Shown here: positions 59,243 through 64,000 of the stretch, one piece after another
Position numbering within the stretch: the first letter of the stretch is position 1
How the letters are laid out: every line of letters starts with the position of its first letter
IMG/VR virus record: IMGVR_UViG_3300030098_001484
Span: 3,000 to 66,999 of that record
Length of the DNA stretch: 64,000 nucleotides
Strand: one strand, 5' to 3'
DNA from: a virus
Made by a program: the position numbers and the translations under genes
Notes under the pieces: generated by a model
Seen by the model: only the letters and a program-made list of their open reading frames with translations
Told to the model about the DNA's origin: nothing
Databases searched by the model: none

Positions 59243-61664
59243 TTCTGAAGTCACCTCTCCGGGGCAGTTCGGGCAATCGCAAGTTGAGTTCGTTCTCAAT
59301 GTCTTCCTTGAGTCGTTGCAGTTGGTTTTCCTGATGCATCTCATAGAATTCCTCCCTTATCAGTGGGACCAGTAGATCCATGTCCGGTGCAGGACAACCA
59401 TAAGAATCATGCACCATAGAAAATTGGTATATGCCAAGCATTATGGCTCGCCAAACAGTACAAAACATATGACTTGCATCAAGACTATGAATCCAGTTAG
59501 GAGAAATAGCCTGCATCACAGCCTTACGATCTACCTCGGTCTGACTGTGCGTTGCAAATATTAATTCTTTCTTATTAAATAACTCAGCAAAACTACGTCG
59601 CTTTGTGGGCTTAAAGTAAGCATGAACAACACGGAACCCAGAAGGAACGGTGTAAGTTATATGTTCATTTAAGTTAGCGGTTATTTCGCCAAGTTGTTTT
59701 AGATATTCTTTACCTCGGTTAGGCATCTCAAGAGCCTCGTCTAGCCCTACCTTAATAGCTCGGGCCAACTCTGTAATAGCAGCATTACGAGTATCTTTAG
59801 GAACCCAATCTAAATGTCCCTCAGATTTAAGATACTTCTGTATCCCATAGAAGGTTAAGCCATAAGCATCACACATAGTACTACGCTTAGTAACACTTCT
59901 AGGAATGTTGGCCTTCCAGTGGTTTAAGAACTTTATATAAAACTCATTATCCAACTGATTGGTATTGCAGTATGTAGTTACGGCATCTGCTACCGATTGG
60001 TACAGATCTTCAGGACTTAAATTAGCATCAACATTAGTTAACTTAGCGTTCTTCTCATCTCGCATAATAGCTGACCAATGTTGTGTACCATTGCAGGCTC
60101 CGTCCACTTGAACAGGAACCTGAGTCATTCCATCTTCTCTAAAGTAATCAAAGATTGCTGCGAGTCGTTGGAACGATGGGTTTTTCTTTACTTTATCTGA
60201 GATCCACCCACGATTATCATAAGGATTCTCACTTATACGCCGTAACATTTCGACGTTATCATCAAACCATTGTTCTCTTTGATCAAACGAAAACTTATCT
60301 TGGTCAAATAGATTTGCTATGTGTCTCTTCATCCATATTCGACCACGTTCTGTTTGCTTCCGTGCTTCTGCAAACTGAATTAAACCCACATCAAGATCAG
60401 AACCTTGACAAGATAACAATTCACAGGCGGTATACGCTCGTCCTCTAAAGTCTAAAGTATAAACCATATAGAAGAAAGAAAACTTAGCCATCTCTTTAGC
60501 TAAATTTAAACGAACTAACAAGCGACACCTATGTTGTTCAGATTTAAACCAACTAGCCCAATACTCTTCTCTAGCTACACACCACTTCGCTTGTTCTTCT
60601 TTAGATCCTTCTTCAGGATAAGGTTCATTATGCATAAACTCTTCTAAAGAATAAGCGGGAAGGTTGGCAAGTTGAGTATTATTTAAGAAGAAGTTTTCCA
60701 TAACTTCTAATACACGTTTATTGATAGACCATTCAGTTCGCATCTTAGCATTTAAACCATCCAAAACTAACTGACTAGGCTGTGAAAAACTCTGGGGCTT
60801 TAAATAACCTTCTTCGTAATCTGAATTATATCGTTGAACAACTTCTTTTCTAGCCCATGTATTTAAGTAACCACCGCTGGCCTGTAATGTATGATCAACC
60901 GGCGGAACAATCATCGGTCTAAATAATAAGTTACTAGTCTCTAATGCTGCATGTTTAGAGTGAAGATCCTGTAAGATATCAGGACGCAAGGTAACAAATA
61001 ATTTCTTTTTCCAAACCTTACCACCAGAATATCTTTGGTTAATCATTTGAAATATACCTGACCTCTCAGCTATACGTATCATATGATGACCAAAATCTTG
61101 GCGGTGCTTCAAAGGTAATTTATTTAACTTACCTACTTTCTTAGCAAAAGCCTTACATCTTTTTTCTGTCCAGCTTTTTATAAACTTAGACTGCTTTCTC
61201 CAGTCATTCCTAAAGTCAACCTTAGATTGTTGATAAGCTATGATAGCAAAAGAATCTTGGGCAATTATGTTGGCTAGTTTCTGTGCAGTAGGTAATGGAT
61301 AAGAAACATTTAAGAAACCAGAGAATTCTTTTTCCTTAAACATTGAGGCATGAAGCCACTCACGCATAAAGCATCTTAGCGTCAGGTCCGCCATCTTAGG
61401 CGCACCCAACGCTAAGAGCGGCAGCAACCATTTGGGGGTCTTATGATTGCTACATATCTTATCTATCCATTCCTGATAAAAAGGGGTGAGATGGACTACC
61501 GTAGCATCCAATAACTGCTGCTCCGGTAGCCCCTCATCTGGTGATCTCTCGTAATCTTTCCAGTAACGGGCCACACCACCCGATATCATCTCCTCTTCCA
61601 TGAGATTTTGGGTAGCTGTACGTTCGTTCTGCTCTGCTTCAGAGAGGTTGTCCCATAGTATCAT
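59205..61664 (-). CDS. T7-like DNA-directed RNA polymerase (gp1-like)
   Basis: PMIVPP, DFRGRAY, DGACNGTQH, RSVTKRSTMCDAYG, PNWIHSLDASH, HDSYG, YLFA C-terminus. Confidence 0.98.
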   Translation of the reverse strand: MILWDNLSEAEQNERTATQNLMEEEMISGGVARYWKDYERSPDEGLPEQQLLDATVVHLTPFYQEWIDKICSNHKTPKWLLPLLALGAPKMADLTLRCFMREWLHASMFKEKEFSGFLNVSYPLPTAQKLANIIAQDSFAIIAYQQSKVDFRNDWRKQSKFIKSWTEKRCKAFAKKVGKLNKLPLKHRQDFGHHMIRIAERSGIFQMINQRYSGGKVWKKKLFVTLRPDILQDLHSKHAALETSNLLFRPMIVPPVDHTLQASGGYLNTWARKEVVQRYNSDYEEGYLKPQSFSQPSQLVLDGLNAKMRTEWSINKRVLEVMENFFLNNTQLANLPAYSLEEFMHNEPYPEEGSKEEQAKWCVAREEYWASWFKSEQHRCRLLVRLNLAKEMAKFSFFYMVYTLDFRGRAYTACELLSCQGSDLDVGLIQFAEARKQTERGRIWMKRHIANLFDQDKFSFDQREQWFDDNVEMLRRISENPYDNRGWISDKVKKNPSFQRLAAIFDYFREDGMTQVPVQVDGACNGTQHWSAIMRDEKNAKLTNVDANLSPEDLYQSVADAVTTYCNTNQLDNEFYIKFLNHWKANIPRSVTKRSTMCDAYGLTFYGIQKYLKSEGHLDWVPKDTRNAAITELARAIKVGLDEALEMPNRGKEYLKQLGEITANLNEHITYTVPSGFRVVHAYFKPTKRRSFAELFNKKELIFATHSQTEVDRKAVMQAISPNWIHSLDASHMFCTVWRAIMLGIYQFSMVHDSYGCPAPDMDLLVPLIREEFYEMHQENQLQRLKEDIENELNLRLPELPRRGDFRIERVLESDYLFA

Positions 61665-61689
61665 TAGGATCTCCTTTTTCAGTAAGTAG

Positions 61690-61710
61690 TATACTACTAT
61701 ACCCGGTTAT
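61690..61710 (-). promoter_or_regulatory. Phage promoter motif, copy 4 (one mismatch), upstream of RNAP
   Basis: ATAACCGGGTATAGTAGTATA. Confidence 0.8.
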
Positions 61711-61761
61711 TGGGAATTCCTAACATACTATTAGGCAATACCAGATGCTCACCCCGTAATA

Positions 61762-62769
61762 TCATACGGCGAGAGCCTTTCGAACGACTCTAATTGAGTC
61801 CTTAGAAGCCTTTCCGAACAGGTTCTTATCTGCTCGGGAGCTATTAGTAAGCTTTCGGCCTTTCTTAAAGGTTCGATGCTGAATCCAGTTTGTGACAGCA
61901 TTAGCGGCCATCCAAGCTGATGGATTAGCATTCAGTTCCTTACGCTCTGTATCAAAGGTCTGACCCCAACTGCCAACGGTCTCCGCTGCATCCTTCAGGG
62001 TGTTCTCCTCTGCCTCAGTCGTAGGATTAGTTACCACTTCTTTATTGGTAAGCATAGAGTAACACTCAAGCCAAAACTTTGAAATCGTACTGTGATTCCA
62101 CTCGGTCTTAGCCAACGTGGTTACTTTATCTTGAAAGAACCTACCAGTATTACGGAAGTATGCCAAAGCCTGACGAGCCTGCTGCATCTTGTCTTCTATG
62201 TCACCATTATGTGTAAATCTGAAGGCACTATTCACGCCCTCACTCAACGCCATTTTGAGTGTGTTGTCACACACAACACGAAAAGAAGTAGGCTGCCCCA
62301 TGAAAGCAAGAGAACCATCATGTCCGTTAGCGAGGAGGAGATACTGATGAATCTCATCATGCTTTCCATCAGCGCAGAACGAATCGGCTCTAAGACATAC
62401 ATAAACTCGTCCACCGTTTCGTAGAGAACCAAAAGATTCAACATGAGTGTCGTCACCAGCCAAGGAATAAGCCAGTTCTGCAAGTTCTGTGTTCTGAACA
62501 ATTTTATACTCCTTACCTACCCATCCAAGCACATCTCCTGTATCGCTACGAACATTAGCAACCCGTTCGGAAGAAGATCCGCCACACACGTTGCCGTTCT
62601 CATCACGATAAAAGTAATCGAGGTGGGTTGAGGGACATACTGTCCAGTCCAGTCCTGCTACCTTCAAGGCTTCTCTAGGATTCAAGATGTCTTCGGTCAC
62701 AGTACCAAGACCGTGCCATGCTTTCTTCTGATAATAAACTGCTGAGTCATTCTCTGTCATATTGTGCAT
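61762..62769 (-). CDS. DUF932 family protein
   Basis: WHGLG, AGLDWTV, Y.IVQN, GSL..G.RV, LLANGHDGS, RVVCDNTL. Confidence 0.9.
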   Translation of the reverse strand: MHNMTENDSAVYYQKKAWHGLGTVTEDILNPREALKVAGLDWTVCPSTHLDYFYRDENGNVCGGSSSERVANVRSDTGDVLGWVGKEYKIVQNTELAELAYSLAGDDTHVESFGSLRNGGRVYVCLRADSFCADGKHDEIHQYLLLANGHDGSLAFMGQPTSFRVVCDNTLKMALSEGVNSAFRFTHNGDIEDKMQQARQALAYFRNTGRFFQDKVTTLAKTEWNHSTISKFWLECYSMLTNKEVVTNPTTEAEENTLKDAAETVGSWGQTFDTERKELNANPSAWMAANAVTNWIQHRTFKKGRKLTNSSRADKNLFGKASKDSIRVVRKALAV

Positions 62770-62773
62770 AATT

Positions 62774-63103
62774 TTACCTTTGTGAAACGTCGTATGTCAG
62801 GGTCCAACCTGAACCATTACATTTAACTTTAATTAATGTAGCTATGATACTAACATCATATCCATTGTTTTCATCTATCCATGCTTTAGTTCCTGCTTCC
62901 ATTGAAAGAGGAACCCACTCACAATTATAGTTATCTTCAGGCATTACAACATCTACATCTACTTCATTATACTTCATAACGGGCTGCATGTTTACGTCCC
63001 GCTCAAGCATACCCCAAAATTCGTAGTGTCCAATACCTTGATCCTCTTCCTCCCATTCAATAGCATCAAGGATTGCTTCTTCGATATCAAATGTCTCAGG
63101 CAT
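62774..63103 (-). CDS. Hypothetical early protein
   Basis: DQGIGHYEFWG; GAGG RBS. Confidence 0.65.
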   Translation of the reverse strand: MPETFDIEEAILDAIEWEEEDQGIGHYEFWGMLERDVNMQPVMKYNEVDVDVVMPEDNYNCEWVPLSMEAGTKAWIDENNGYDVSIIATLIKVKCNGSGWTLTYDVSQR

Positions 63104-63278
63104 TTTGTCTTTCCTCAAAAGTTGTCATCCATGTCTGAAGATAGCGATTAGCTTCGTACTTAGTAACATCAAACTGTTGTTGAATACTGCTGCCTGCTCC
63201 AAACATATTTACTGAACCACTTTCTCGTAGTGCGTCCAAAAATACATTAACTTCTTCTTGCGTAGGTACTTTGTTCAT
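63096..63278 (-). CDS. Conserved small phage protein
   Basis: FLDALRESGSVNMFGA. Confidence 0.7.
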   Translation of the reverse strand: MNKVPTQEEVNVFLDALRESGSVNMFGAGSSIQQQFDVTKYEANRYLQTWMTTFEERQNA

Positions 63279-63279
63279 A

Positions 63280-63492
63280 TTAATCCTCAATTTGTTTAGG
63301 TTCAAACATTCCACGACAAAATCTATTTAACATTAGTGCTGCTTTCTTAGCCTCACCTTTATCTTTATAAGAAATAACTTCACGTTCGTAATATTCTGTT
63401 GGCTGATGCTCATCGTCCCAACCAAAAGATGCTTCTTCATAGTGCCAAGTATCTGTCTCAGCATTATATAATCCCCAACGTGCCTTAGTCAT
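63280..63492 (-). CDS. Hypothetical early protein
   Basis: MTKARW.., overlapping upstream stop. Confidence 0.6.
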   Translation of the reverse strand: MTKARWGLYNAETDTWHYEEASFGWDDEHQPTEYYEREVISYKDKGEAKKAALMLNRFCRGMFEPKQIED

Positions 63493-63778
63493 TAAGTTCT
63501 TCCATTTTCTTTTCAAATTCTTCCATAGTAATTTTCCCGGTAGCGAGATCATAACGCAGCCCATACTCATCATGTGATATATTCCTTGGGCGTTGATCAT
63601 CACCCTTACCTGCACCACCGTTGTCTTGATTCATGTTAAAAGGTTTCCATCCTTTAGACTTAGCTGCTCTTGCACCCTTATCTCCATCTCTATAAGCAAG
63701 CCTAGCCTTTCTATTTTTATTTAGCTGACGCTGTTGCGCCCGAGTAAACTTATATTCATCACCTTCGTATTCACTCAT
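63485..63778 (-). CDS. Hypothetical early protein
   Basis: MSEYEG.., AGGAG RBS, GGAGKGD..RP. Confidence 0.65.
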   Translation of the reverse strand: MSEYEGDEYKFTRAQQRQLNKNRKARLAYRDGDKGARAAKSKGWKPFNMNQDNGGAGKGDDQRPRNISHDEYGLRYDLATGKITMEEFEKKMEELND

Positions 63779-63936
63779 TGCTCTAACTCCTCCCAACCTT
63801 CAGCCCATTGCTTTGCAATAGCAGGCAAGAGATTAACTTTTGCAGCTATCTCTTCCCAGTCGGGTTCTTCACCACGATTCCATGCTTCGTTGGCTAGTTC
63901 CCAACATTCATAGGCGGTTTGTTTGACTCGACCCAT
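63775..63936 (-). CDS. Hypothetical early protein
   Basis: MGRVKQ.., GGAGG RBS. Confidence 0.6.
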   Translation of the reverse strand: MGRVKQTAYECWELANEAWNRGEEPDWEEIAAKVNLLPAIAKQWAEGWEELEQ

Positions 63937-64000
63937 TACTTTCCTCCAAAAGTTTAATAGCATCTTGACAGGCTTGGATAGCAGCCGTTAAGGCTAGTTC

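Noticed and set aside
6237-62631. Numerous plus-strand ORFs
   Set aside because: All overlap well-supported minus-strand genes and lack recognisable motifs
1-64000. Prophage or integration module
   Set aside because: No integrase, att site or host genes recognised in the window

Overview
Nearly the whole window is one large (>64 kb) T7-like podovirus (Autographiviridae-like, probably aquatic) encoded entirely on the minus strand; plus-strand ORFs are shadows. Reading right to left: small early genes and DUF932; T7-type RNA polymerase; phosphoesterase, SSB, RusA, two tRNAs, primase-helicase, DNA polymerase A, dNMP kinase, exonuclease, dUTPase, class II RNR; portal, scaffold, capsid, tail tubes, fibre and spike; terminase; lysozyme; three ejection proteins (272, 2023 and 4219 aa); a probable genome end near 5.3-5.6 kb; then early genes. 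Main find: a SECOND single-subunit RNA polymerase gene (<1..1424), absent from the ORF track because it runs off the window edge. It is compact and divergent, with a shortened N-terminal domain and thumb and an altered motif B. The 4219-aa gp16-like protein appears to carry a large cargo insert (~2.2-2.4k aa) with GrpE-like, sigma-like and winged-helix segments. A 21-bp promoter motif occurs four times, including upstream of the main RNAP. All protein calls are motif recognition by eye, not database hits.
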